Shown here: positions 1 to 11,572 of the stretch, piece by piece
Layout of the letters: each line of letters begins with the position of its first letter
Position numbering within the stretch: position 1 is the stretch's first letter
Source: Squalus acanthias
Taxonomy: Eukaryota
Length of the DNA stretch: 64,000 nucleotides
Direction of reading: 5' to 3'
Assembly: GCA_030390025.1 (NCBI GenBank)
Contig: JASTWF010000070.1
Location: 992,001-1,056,000, forward strand
Made by a program: the position numbers and the translations under genes
The notes under the pieces: generated by a model
Told to the model about the DNA's origin: nothing
The model's input: the letters and a program-made list of their open reading frames with translations, nothing else
Database searches by the model: none

Positions 1-209
1 TTCTCCTGAATCCCCTATTGAATTTATCAATGACTATCTTATATTTAAGTGACTGAAATGATTGTGTGCCTTTCTGAGATGGTCTCCCCTAGAAGTGGAA
101 ACATCTCCTCTATGTCTACCTTATCAAACACTTTCATAATCTTAAATACCTCTGTCAGGTCACCCCTCAGCCTTCTCTTTTCTAGAGAAAAGAGACCCAA
201 CCTGCTCTA

Positions 210-560
210 TCTCTGTAGATGTTGAGAGGCTGTTTCCCCCTGGCTGGAGAGTCTAGAACCTGCGGTCACAGTCTCAGAATAAGGGGTCGGCCATTTAGGA
301 CTGAGATGAGGAGAAATTTCTTCACTCAGAGGGTGGTGAATCTTTGGAATTCTCCATCCCAGAGGGCTGTAGATGCTCGGTCGTTGAGTATATTCAAGAT
401 AGAGATCGATAGATTTTTGAATATTAAGGGATCCAGGTATATGGGGATAGTTCAGGAAAGTGGAGATGAGGTAGAAGATTAGCCATGATCTTATTGAATG
501 GCGGAGCAGGCTCAAAAGGCGGAATGGTCTGCTCCTGCTCCTATTTCTTATGTTCTTATG
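210..560 (+). mobile_element. CR1 LINE 3' fragment (ORF2 C-terminus plus 3' tail)
   Basis: Translates to ESRTCGHSLRIRGRPFRTEMRRNFFTQRVVNLWNS, matching the ORF2 C-terminus of the full CR1 at 26158-27267; ends in TTCTTATG repeats. Confidence 0.85.
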
Positions 561-1454
561 TACCACTCTATAATCCACAATCTTCCACCATCAAAGTACT
601 TGAATATTTCATAATAATAATGTAAAACAACATTCATTTTATCGCTCTGACATCCCAACGACTCATTAACTATTTCCAGTCAATTAGATTCAAAACAGAG
701 TAATGACTCAATTTTTTAGTAGCTGAAACTTAGAGCTGAATGGGGTGGTTTACTTAACCAAACGCCCCCTGGAGGCAACATGTGATAAGGATGTGTGTCT
801 GATGGCGTTTCTCTATCACCCCCTGGCGACTCCTTTTCATAATTTGGAGCTGAGGTTTGGAAGCAGCGTGAGCACCACTTCCTTCCTGTGACTCCCAGAT
901 ATCTTGCAATGTTCAATAGAGAATGATACCCACAATGCACAATCAATTCAGGACTTCAGTGGAGCCCGTAGTGGTGGAACGGTCGTTCGTGGTGAATGTT
1001 GTTCTGGGATGCTGGTATCCCAGTCTCTGTAAAGGAGAATAATCAGGGGTGTAAACTCTGCTGGCCTGTATCCTAACTGTCACCAAGTCCTGTTCACCCA
1101 TCACCCCCTGTGCTCGCTGACCTACATTGGCTCCCAGTCCGGCAACACAGCACTCCTCTCAGGGGTCCGGTTCGGCCACAATTCCCGATGAGTATTACAC
1201 GTTACTGTGAGATGGAAACTGATTTGTAGTATGCCTAACTTTTGAGTATAGAAGCGCCCCATAACACGTGGGAGATATCCCAGCCCTAGGCCAGCTTCAG
1301 AGTAGAGTCAAAAAACGTCAGGAGATGGAATTACCATTAAAGACCGGAGAAAGCTGGAGAGATTGGAGTAAAATCACTCACTGTTGAGCATATGGAAGCA
1401 CATGCAATAAACGGCACAAGAGACCAAACCAAACGCTTGTGCGGGCAAAAAGGG

Positions 1455-1965
1455 TGAGAGTTGCACAGACTAGGCTAGAATCCCATTGAATATAGAAGAT
1501 TAAGGGGCGATTTAATTGAGGTGTTTAAGATGATTAAAGGACTCGATAGGGTAGAGAGAGAGAAACTATTTCATCTGGTGGGGGTGTCCAGAACAAGGGG
1601 CATCACCTTAAAATTTGAGTCAGGCCGTTCAGGGATGATGTCAGAAAGCACTTCTTCACACAATAGGTAGTGGAAATCGGGAACTCTCTCCCCCAAAAAG
1701 ATGTTGAGGCTGGGTGTCAATTGCAAATTTCAAAACTGAGATTTGATACATTTTTGTTGGGTAAGGGTATTAAGGGTTACGGAACCAAGACAGGTAGATG
1801 GAGTTAAGATACAGATCAGCCATGATCTAATTGAATGGAGGAATAGGTTCGAGGTGCTGAATGGCCTCTTCCTGTTCCTATGTAACAGGCTTGAGGGGCT
1901 GAATGGCCTCTTCCTGTTCCTGTGTAACAGGCTCCTGGGGCTGAATGGTCTCCTCCTGTTCCTGT
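1455..1965 (+). mobile_element. CR1-like LINE 3' fragment with tandemly repeated tail
   Basis: RLRGDLIEVFK-type C-terminus; GCTGAATGG...TCCTGTTCC unit repeated three times. Confidence 0.7.
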
Positions 1966-2339
1966 GATCCGAACTGGGAAAATAAGATGCACGATTCTCT
2001 GCCTGAACTATGGGTTGTGTTGATTCTGAGGCAATCTCTTATGTAGCACTGTTACCGTCTGTCGTGCGGATTATCTCACTGACCGTAACTGTACATGTAC
2101 CGGTGGGAGGGGTGAGGTGGGAGGGGTACCGATTAGTAACGACTATACTGAGCTCTCTCCCAGACTGAATTAAAATAGCGCCAAACCGTTTGTAGCTGGG
2201 AAATGCCAGGATGACCCCTCTCTGCTGGCTGAAGCTGACAACATCTGAAAGCGAGGTGGCAGAGCTGGTCACCTGTACCTGAATGTGGTCTCCATGTAGA
2301 GTTTTGGAACTTTATATTAGGGAATCTTTTCCCCAGGAA

Positions 2340-2850
2340 AACACTCCTTCTCTCGCCACAGACTCGCCACTCTCGCCCATTGATTCCACCCCCTACCCGG
2401 TCTCAATCGACCCAGACTGTTCGCAATCTCAGGGCTCTATTGCACTAATATCTGAGTTCCCCGGCCCATGACCTGTCCGTCTCAAAGGCCGCCTACTTTC
2501 AACTCGCTAACCTTTGCTGCCTTCCCCGCTAACTCAGTCCACCTGCCGTTAAACCCTCATCCAAGCCTTTGTTACCTCCTAACGTGACTTGTCCAATGCT
2601 CGCGGCACCCCTACCTAAGACTCTTGGTAATCTTGAGCTGATCCAGAACTTTTCCGCTCGTAGCCCATCCCCCACAAGTCCCACTCACTCACCATCCACG
2701 GTCTTGCTGAACTGCAGGGACTCCTCATCCCCCAAGGCCCCAAGTTTAAAATTGTCATCCCCTTGTTCAAATCCGTTCATGGCTTCGCCCCTCCCTATCT
2801 CTGTAACCCCATCCATCACTATCTACCCCCAGCTCTCTGTGCCCCCCGAA
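2340..2850 (+). mobile_element. Degenerate L2-type LINE fragment
   Basis: Colinear similarity to the L2 copies at 16595-17480 and 38830-39812. Confidence 0.6.
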
Positions 2851-2859
2851 TCTGGCACT

Positions 2860-3350
2860 GGAGACGGTGCACTAAAAGATTTACAAGGATGATACACAAC
2901 TGAGAGGTTATAACTATCAGGAAAGACTGAAGTCTGGAGCTCTTTTCTCTAGAAAAGAGAAGGCTGAGGGCTGACCTGATAGAGGTCTTAAAGATTATGA
3001 AAGACTTTGATGGGGTAGACATAGAGAAGATGTTTCCACTTGTGGGAAAGACCCCGAACTAGGGGCCATCAATATATGATAGATACTAATAAATCCAATG
3101 GGGAATTCAGGAGAAACTTCTTTACCCAGAGAGTGGTGAGAATGTGGAACTCGCTGCCACAGGGAATAGTTGAGGCGAATAGGATAGCTGCATTAAAGGG
3201 GCGCTAGATAAACACATGAGGGAGAATGGAATAGAAGATTATGCTGATAGTGTTAGATGAGGAAGGATGGGAGTAGGCTCGAGTGGAGTATAAACACCGG
3301 CATGGATCAGTTGGGCTGAATGGTCTGTTTGTGCTGTACATTCTATGTAA
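2860..3350 (+). mobile_element. CR1-like LINE 3' fragment
   Basis: RRLRADLIEV and FFTQRVVRMWNSL motifs; shared with the duplicate at about 30790-31335. Confidence 0.7.
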
Positions 3351-3715
3351 TCCACTCAATGTCCCTTTAAGTGTTGAGTAAAGAGGGACCACTTTAAGCT
3401 CGTGGCAGCATTTCATGTTTATTAAGAGCTGTGTTACACAAGCTCGCAATCACAATATGGTCACAGACTAAAGGGAAATCTGTCCCCATTCTACACACAG
3501 CGAAAGTTTACACACAAGATATTGGGGACAGTTGTACAGAAAGTTCCACACAATAATTTCAGTCACTTCAGTTATTAAACATTTGCATTGTTTGCCAAAA
3601 ACTGAAATTGCTGCAGCGATTACATTGCAAAAAAGGCGATTGCACACATCGAATGATCTGTTTCATTACATTAAACACTAGCAAAAATCAAACTCCACTG
3701 CCAACTCGCACTGCC

Positions 3716-4037
3716 TCAGTCGGAGCACGTGGAGGCGCTGATGGTCTTGAGAAGAGGCGAGCTCAGGGAGCCGTGGCTGACGATGCAGGAATAGCTGGAG
3801 CCCTTGTTCCAGGCGGCGGCGGGGACTCTCAGGTAACTGCTCAGGCTGTAGGTTTGATCGCTGTCCGGGGACACGGCGCCTGTCGTCACCCTGTCTCTTG
3901 GCCATCCACGCACCAGCGGAGCCGCACCAAGCCCGGCTTAAAGCGACTCACCAGGCAGGACAGAGTGGCCGATCCCGAGCCGATTTCTGCCGAGGAGGGA
4001 GGGAGGAGAAGTACCGAGGGGCTTCGATCCTCGCTGC
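3716..4037 (-). pseudogene. IgL constant exon, copy A (frameshifted)
   Basis: SEDRSPSVLLLPPSSAEIGSGSATLSCLVS...; lacks CCGCTGT present in copy B, giving QETG*; AATAAA at 3418-3423 on the minus strand. Confidence 0.9.
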
Positions 4038-4308
4038 CTGTGAGTGAGGGGAGAGAAAATTGATTAGTTTATGGAATCCGTCAGCAGTGGGACGCTCTGA
4101 TCTGAAATCAAAGGCACCAAAGAACCCCCGAACAACATTCACTTTAAAATAAATTACTGATTTAGACAGGAGTTCCAATAAATTCTTAAATCTCTAATTC
4201 CTCTGCTCCTCTGCCAATTCTTGTCCCTACATTACAACAGTGACTTGATTCAAAAGTATTTCATTGGCTGTAAAGCGCTTTGGGACGTCGTGAGGTCGTG
4301 AAAGTAGC

Positions 4309-4470
4309 NNNNNNNNNNNNNNNNNNNNNNNNNNNNNNNNNNNNNNNNNNNNNNNNNNNNNNNNNNNNNNNNNNNNNNNNNNNNNNNNNNNNNNNNNNNN
4401 NNNNNNNNNNNNNNNNNNNNNNNNNNNNNNNNNNNNNNNNNNNNNNNNNNNNNNNNNNNNNNNNNNNNNN
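4309..4470. other. Assembly gap (N run)
   Basis: Run of N. Confidence 1.
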
Positions 4471-4671
4471 CAACAGAAAATGCTGGAAATACAGACCGGG
4501 TCAGTCAGCATGTGAGAGGCGGAAAGATCAGTAACTGACCAGTTCAGGTGGAGGTTACACCCCCGGAACCGCACTAACCTCTCTGTTTCCGTTACAGACA
4601 CTGACCGAATTCACAGCATTTTTTGTTTTTATTTAATTTCGTGTAATTGCAATTTTTTCCCTTTTTACTTG

Positions 4672-5250
4672 TGTTCGGGAGAAATTATTTCACTCCAGTC
4701 TGTTTATAGGTAAAAAGCAAAAAACAGTTTATTTAATATTCAGAGATCCCTGGGAGAAGTGGTACAGAACCTTGCTTGGTCTGATGGCTTCACTTCTCGA
4801 CCTCTCGTTGTCAATGACAACCTTTTATTGAAGAGTTGTCCAATCACATAGTTACAAAATATCACATGATTACAAGTATGTCCATTTCAAACTTAAACAG
4901 CTTACAATTAATTCGTTATATTCTAAACAATTTATGTCAGTTCAAGCTAAATCATTAATTCGTTATATTTTAATTCAAACTAAATAATCATGTTGCAAAC
5001 TGAACCATTAATTCGTTATACCAAATAATTATGTTGCAAACTGAAAGCATTAATGACGTGTATATGTAATCTTGTTAGAGGCCCCCAGTGTCTGGGTTTT
5101 ACAGTCTTTCATTGTGTATTGACCTTGATTGTTGCTAAGTGTCACAACGCTCAACCAGGCCTTATCTCCCACCTGGCTTCCCTTCGGTTTCATACAGAAA
5201 ATGAGAATTCGTTATATTTTAATTTGTTTGAGTTCAAATTAACTCTTTTA
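4672..5250 (-). repeat. ERV 3' LTR
   Basis: Near-identical to 11573-12111 apart from an internal duplication of about 40 bp and a few substitutions; preceded by the polypurine tract AAAGGAGGGAG (5251-5261); AATAAA at about 4824-4829. Confidence 0.95.
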
Positions 5251-5382
5251 CTCCCTCCTTTCGGTACCTTGCCAAATTAAAAATTCTGGTCAGGGATACC
5301 GACTTTCCCGCATTTATCATAAATTCGCCTCTCCTTTCTATCTATCCTCGGTGTCGGGTGTCTGTATGAAAAGGAAAGAGCC

Positions 5383-6378
5383 TTACATATAGATATCCTG
5401 TAGTAGCTGATCATTGCTTGGTTCAATAGTGACTACAGCAACCGGCATCATTCTGTCCATAGCTGCCTTACAACATGCATTTAAAATCAGCAAGGTAACA
5501 CAGAGTGCTATTCCAATTACAAAAATAATTATCAGTCCATGCATCAAATATGAAACCCGTGACCCCCCAAACAAGCATCCCCACCAGTTTGCTGCTGCGG
5601 TTTCGTGTAACTTCCGAACTTCCCTCTGTATGTGCTCAGCCAAATCAGTTATATGTTCTGCACTGTCCGGAATGTATGTACAGCACTCTGTCCCAATCAA
5701 TGCACATGTTCCCCCTTTTTCTGCTAGGAGGTAATCAAGTGCCATTCGGTTCTGTAGCGTCACTGTCCTTATCGCTACCATCTCGGCGTTCATGTCTGTT
5801 AGAGCTTCTGCTGAATCATTCCCAACCTGTTCTAAAATCTCTGCCAACAACCGTATCTCTTTAATAGCTCTTGCGACTCCGTATGGGGGTAGATAGATTG
5901 CGAAGTATTTTTCAGCCTCATTAATTTCTCGTTTATAACGATAGGCTGGGTGTTCCTTGAGGTTTAGGCAGTGGTGTACAAAGGGCACGACATACCCCAG
6001 ATAACAAGACCCCTTCCAATTGAAAGGGAGCCACGGGTAAGCTTTATGTCCACATATGAAATAAGTGTTATTATAGGCTTCAAACCTACTCCATACGTTA
6101 TTCATCATCATGATTTTACCCTTCCATGGCCCCCCACTGGTTATGTTTGGAATTGTACCGAGATTCCACGTCCCATACGTGAGTGATGCACCACTGTACC
6201 CACTCCTGGTCCTCTTTAATTCGTATTTCTGCTCACATCTGCTCCAACCCAATGTGAAGCAAATCAGAATGATGCATACTGCCCAGATCAATCCCCTTAT
6301 CAGGGGCCATTCCCATTCTGTGTACGGTTTCCACTCTCCCTCATTTCTTATGCTCGGTATTTGTTTTGTTTCGTCCAT
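5383..6378 (-). CDS. env: Retroviral envelope, 331 aa, open reading frame with very short SU
   Basis: Hydrophobic signal (LIRGLIWAVCIILICFTLG), furin site RYKR at aa147-150, fusion peptide, ISD LQNRMALDYLLAEKGG, CX6CC (CALIGTECC), TM anchor. Confidence 0.92.
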   Translation of the reverse strand: MDETKQIPSIRNEGEWKPYTEWEWPLIRGLIWAVCIILICFTLGWSRCEQKYELKRTRSGYSGASLTYGTWNLGTIPNITSGGPWKGKIMMMNNVWSRFEAYNNTYFICGHKAYPWLPFNWKGSCYLGYVVPFVHHCLNLKEHPAYRYKREINEAEKYFAIYLPPYGVARAIKEIRLLAEILEQVGNDSAEALTDMNAEMVAIRTVTLQNRMALDYLLAEKGGTCALIGTECCTYIPDSAEHITDLAEHIQREVRKLHETAAANWWGCLFGGSRVSYLMHGLIIIFVIGIALCVTLLILNACCKAAMDRMMPVAVVTIEPSNDQLLQDIYM

Positions 6379-6380
6379 CT

Positions 6381-7210
6381 CTACACTGGTGAAGGGTTAT
6401 AGATCTTTAGCTGGGTCCAGTGTTTCCACCTTCCCATTCCCTTTATATCAATACAGGCACACGTGTCTCCACTGATGAGGACCTGATAAGGACCGGCCCA
6501 TCTTGGGACAAATCCCTGTTTTGTAGGTAGGACCTTAACCATTGCTTTTGTTCCTGCAGAGGGAACGTTTGTTAACGCAGTCAAGTCTAAATTTTTATCC
6601 TTTTCTTCCTGTCTTTCTCTAACCTGCGGTCTCATTTCTTTTAACTGCTTGCTTAATTCAAGGACATATCGGCGGATCCTATCCTGTAAGGGTCCTAGTT
6701 CCTCTCCCCCCGTGATAATTCCATAAGGGAGTTGCATTGCTCGCCCTGTCATTAATTCATAGGGAGATAAGCCTGTCGTTCAATTAGGGATAGCTCGCAA
6801 TTTCATCAGGACTGCGGGCAGAGCATCTACCCCAAATTGGTGGGTTTCACTCAGAGCCTTTGCTAATGCGGTTTTTAGCGTTCGGTTCATTCGCTCCACC
6901 ATCCCAGAGCTCTGAGGACGGTAGGGAATGTGGAATTTTTGTTTTATTCCCATCCATGCGCAGATATTCTTTACTACCTTTCCCGTGAAATGAGTTCCCT
7001 GGTCAGAGTCGATTTGAATAGGAACCCCCCACCTCGGTATTATTTCTTCTGCCATTATCCGGGCCACTGTGGCAGCTGTGCAGTTTCGTGTGGGGAAAGC
7101 TTCCACCCATCTTGTGAATTGATCTATTATCACTAAGCAGTATACACTTCCCCTTGAGATCGGTAGGGGTCCCGTAAATTCTATTTGTATCTTTTCCCAG
7201 GGACCCCTTA
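6381..7210 (-). pseudogene. pol: ERV integrase (disrupted)
   Basis: PWEKIQIEFTGP...IIDQFTRWVEAFP...IDSDQGTHF...PQSSGMVERMN...W-x-GPY; first catalytic D appears as E; in-frame TGA at 6780-6782. Confidence 0.9.
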
Positions 7211-9349
7211 TTCAAATTCAATTCATTGTTCCGGTGTTCCAATTCTGCCCCGCCTGGGGTATCCTCTGTTTCTTCTATCTTTCCTGATGTTACCCCGCCT
7301 GGGGTCTCCTCTACATTGCTTTGGATCTTCTCTTTCGGTGTGCTCAATTAATTTGTTGGTGCTGGTTAGTCATAGGCATGAGTACCCAATTGGCTTATGT
7401 ATCTTACTACATAGGTTACATATATCAAATACACTATCATTACAAGTTGGAGAACTACCAGAGCGTGTGAAATAATACAAATCTAAGGGTGTGCTGATGT
7501 ATTAAGCCCAATATCCCACCAGTTTGAGTTGTCCCCTATGCTGTCAATTTCAATATCTATTCTCGAATTGTCTTGCTCCAAAACATTTTTAAAAATGCTT
7601 TAGGGAGGAGTTCAGTCGCATCACAAGCTTACTGAATTCCTCAGACACAGGGGAATGTAGTATCCGAATTGTGCCACATAATTGTGCAGCTCATACTTAA
7701 AAACGTGTTGGTTGATGGGACAGGTCCTGTTAGACCCATAAGCATGGTAATTGCGGTGGTAGTGACACAGGAGGCACCACCAAAAATCACCTCATACTGG
7801 ACTCGCACTGGTTTTCCCCACGCTCTGTTACCTACAAAACACAATTATTACAGTCACAGTTAAATTCAGTCTTACAATCATTTCAAGCGACATTACAGTT
7901 TAACATCTAGTCAACAAATCATGGACTTAAAAGATTCTCCAGATCTCTCTTTTACTCATATCCATCTTGTGGATAATTCTTACTAAACATGATTTCTCCT
8001 TAGCCCTCAATTGTCCCAATCCAGATTCCATGTAACTCTCCACTTCAACTTCAATTTCAATCCCTCTAACAGGTACCAGTGTATTTAACTCTATTCTGAT
8101 TGTTTTATTAATTAGATAGTTTCTCGACGGAGTATGTGTCAATGCTTTAAAAGTTGTCTCGCTCTCCTGAACCACATTAACCATTTCATGTTTTGCTGTT
8201 ATCAAGTAACTGAGCATGTCTGAGACCCGTTCTTCAGTGCAGATTCAACATACATTCCCGGATGGCAACTGCCTCACATGTAACAAATCACATTTGCACA
8301 CTCATATCGGTATCTCCACATCATGCCACATGTGCCTTTCTCGGGCTTTCAGGTATCTTATCAAAAGATTGTCTGGAGGTCTTTGTTCATCTTCCTCTGC
8401 ATGGTCCCGATGTCTTTGATAGTGGCCAGGCTATCAAATTCAGTTTCCTTAAAAAGTTCATTATAGGCAGGGACACAAATGTCTCCAAGAGAAAGCTATC
8501 AATTTACTATTCTTAACTACACTTTCCTGACTTTCACCAGAAAGTTTGGAAAATTCTCAATTAGATAGTGTAATTCTCCTGTTTCTATCTCACCCTCAAT
8601 CACTTCCTTTCTCCATTTTACACATCCTATTAATTACCATTCATATCTCATTCATGAGCCCTGGAGGAACTTTACTGTCCAGTACAATATTTAAGATTGA
8701 AAACATAGATCAAACATTCTCACTTGGTCCAAGTTATTAACACTTTTTATTTATCATTATTTTCGAGGATCTTTTATTTTTCCAAAAGTAACCCAATATA
8801 TAGTGCCTGAGTTCATTTTGTCATTTCAAAATTATCCCAAAATCCAAACAGCAGTACTGTTGAACTGACAGGTCTTGTCAATGTTCAATTTCATTTCTAT
8901 AACTTAAACAGCTGTCAGTGGAAAGGGTTAACTCCTTTGCAGGTTTTTTTTTTAAGAAGGCGGAGCGAAACATTGTCAGACGCACGCAATTGCGTCATTT
9001 CACGTAACTGAACACGAACAGAAAAAACCCAAAATAAACCAGTACATGCTTGTAGAAAACCATAAATTACATCATATTTCTTATTGTCCTTTCTTCAGAT
9101 GCCTTTCCAAAATACTGTAAAAACATTGAATATAACTGGAGAAAAATTAGTTTTTCACATTTAAGCAAATCAAATCACACTGCTTTGGAAGATTTCACCA
9201 TAGCAACCGCGACTCCAAGGTTAAATCTTAGACCGAAACTTAATCTTTGTTAAACAAACTTTTGTTGTTCTTCTCAGTTTTACACACCAGCTTAACTTAA
9301 ATTGTAGTTCAAAGTTTTTTTTCTAATTCTTGGGGCACAATTTGTTGCA

Positions 9350-9565
9350 GCCACACATCGTGCCATTGCCTTCGCTACTGGATCCGTCTTTAACTAACTG
9401 TTGAATCGGCTCTGCTTTCCCTGCAAAGTCTGATATAAAACTCCTGTCTATCCCTGACAGTAAAAGCGAATTTCCCTTGTGATTCCTCTGCCAATGGTAT
9501 GGACCAGAACCCGTTCTGTATCCAAGACTGTAAATATTTTAAAGTCTGGTTTCAGACCATTAAAT
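9350..9565 (-). pseudogene. pol: ERV RT/tether remnants (most of RT deleted)
   Basis: FTVLD..NGFWSIPLAEESQGKFAFTV (frameshifted), followed almost directly by DPVAKAMARCV. Confidence 0.65.
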
Positions 9566-10264
9566 TTCTTATTCAATGTGGTCTACACAAATTTACACCA
9601 ACCAGAATTTCACCGTGCACAATAAAAGTCTGGTTTTAATAGCTTAATTAACCTCAATAACTCCAATTCAATCTAGGTCAAAATTTCATTTTAAACTAAC
9701 CAGTATCAAAGATAAAGAAAGAAACTATAGCCACATTAACAAAGAAACAATTATCCATTCCTTGTAGACATTCAAAAGCATTTTTTTCTTCCAGGCACAT
9801 TGGCAACTGTGACTTCAAGGCTGAAGCTTATTTTTTGTAAAACAATTAACAAACTCAAAACAACAAAACAAGTTTTCAAAGGGTTAAACAGTTTTTAGCT
9901 CTCTGTACAAAAGAGTGGGTGGAGCCAAAACAAAAATGACAGACACCTTTTTAAAGACAGACTCTCACTCCTTAAACATTCACAGTCGTGAAAACTCTTA
10001 CACTTTAACACACACTTTCACACAAACTTAGATCCCAGCATTCCTTTTAAGATTCCTTTCACTCAACAAATCTTGTGTTTTATTTGTCTCGGCACAGACA
10101 TTAATAACTTCCATGTCGGTAAAACTTTAAATTTCTCTCTTTTTCTTTTTACATGGTATCTCAGCAGCTTTCCTGGCTTTCCAAATCCCTTTTTCTTTGT
10201 CTAAGCTGAGTTTCAGATTGGTTAGCCTGCAAATTAAATCTTTTCCTTCTTTATCTTTGGTTTG

Positions 10265-10394
10265 TCGGATGGGGCAAATCAGTTAAAGATACTGATGCTC
10301 CTGTATCAACTAGCATTTCACACTATTGGCCCCCTAATAATGCTGTAACGTAGACTCGGTTATCCGAGCCTCCTTTTACTGGGGCCACCTCCCG
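10265..10394 (-). pseudogene. pro: ERV protease N-terminal remnant
   Basis: MLVDTGASVS (DTG at 10299-10307) in frame with gag after the TGA; internal TAG at 10323-10325. Confidence 0.8.
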
Positions 10395-10655
10395 TCATTG
10401 ACTCTTCCCCTTTGACTTGAGGTACTCCATAAAGTCCCTTCTATTCTCCAGACTGAGATAAGCGCCCTGTATCTGGTCCACGTCTCTTTTCTTCTGCCAG
10501 CAGTTGTGACTCTGGTGTCCTAGCTTACCACAATAGTCACATCCCACTTTCTTACCACTCCTGCAATCCTTCGCCATATGTCCCACCTTTCCACAAGTAT
10601 AACAGCTCCCCTGAATCCTCTTGTCCTCATCATTTCTGTTTCCTCTATCTGTCAA
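10395..10655 (-). pseudogene. gag: ERV gag nucleocapsid with two CCHC zinc knuckles
   Basis: CYTCGKVGHMAKDC and CDYCGKLGHQSHNC; upstream gag is broken. Confidence 0.85.
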
Positions 10656-11552
10656 TTACATCCGTTTTATTGTACTTTCTAATTTGGCTATTCTCTTTTC
10701 TTGTTCTTCCATCTTACTAGTTTGTGTCGTAATCTTTTCTGTTAACATTATTAACTGATGTGTTAAAATTACTCCTGCCTTTCTAGTTTACTTTTGTTTC
10801 TGCTTCTCCCACCACTTCCATTGCGCCAGGGGTTTTCCTAATGGATCCCACCCATCTTTCCTCATTTGATCAATCAAACCCTTTTGGTCCTCGGCGTAGA
10901 GCCGACTCATGGATCCTGGCGGGCCCCAATCGGGTTCCGCGCCTTTCTCCATAATGTATTAATATCGTTACTAGCTTACCGCTTTCCGGCCAAGACTAGT
11001 AACTCGTTTTCAGAGGTCTGCCTATCATCCACCATAAGTATGGTGGCGGCCCCGACTTGGAACAATCTTGCTCACAGAGGTGAGTTTTGGGCAGCCACTT
11101 GACCCCTTTCACATGTAGCCATTAATACATTATCACAACACGTCATACAATCCAACAGATCCCGCAACGCAACACAGCAGAGAGGTCTTACAGATTCTTT
11201 TGGCTGTCTCGGATTCCCAACTAACTCTGGCCGTCACGTGGGGCCCAATCGCCCTCTTAATTTCAGCTCAGTATGGGTCCACGAGGCATTTATAGTCCGA
11301 AATAACACATCAGGCTTCAAATATCTTAACTACTATTAATACGATTGGTTAACCTTATTATTTCAATATACAAACACCTTATGCGCTACCTAGGTTTTAA
11401 TAAACTGTTTCTTACCCGTCACAGACATCAAATTCGTTAGATACTGCGGTTTGCCTTCACACCGCCCTGCCAAGTGACCCAATTTCTGGGTGGTCAAAGA
11501 TTTGACTACTCACCCTAATCACTGGTACAGGCGGTCTTTCAGCTCCGAAGTA

Positions 11553-11570
11553 TCCCTGCCGACTACGCCA
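11553..11570 (-). promoter_or_regulatory. Primer-binding site, tRNA-Ser
   Basis: TGGCGTAGTCGGCAGG begins 2 nt inside the 5' LTR boundary and is complementary to the vertebrate tRNA-Ser 3' end ...CCUGCCGACUACGCCA. Confidence 0.85.
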
Positions 11571-11572
11571 AT

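Noticed and set aside
2435-2475. J-like peptide MGRGTQILVQ on the minus strand
   Set aside because: It lies in the antisense of an L2 fragment and has no RSS or splice donor; coincidence
4227-4601. ORFs spanning the N run
   Set aside because: Assembly-gap artefacts
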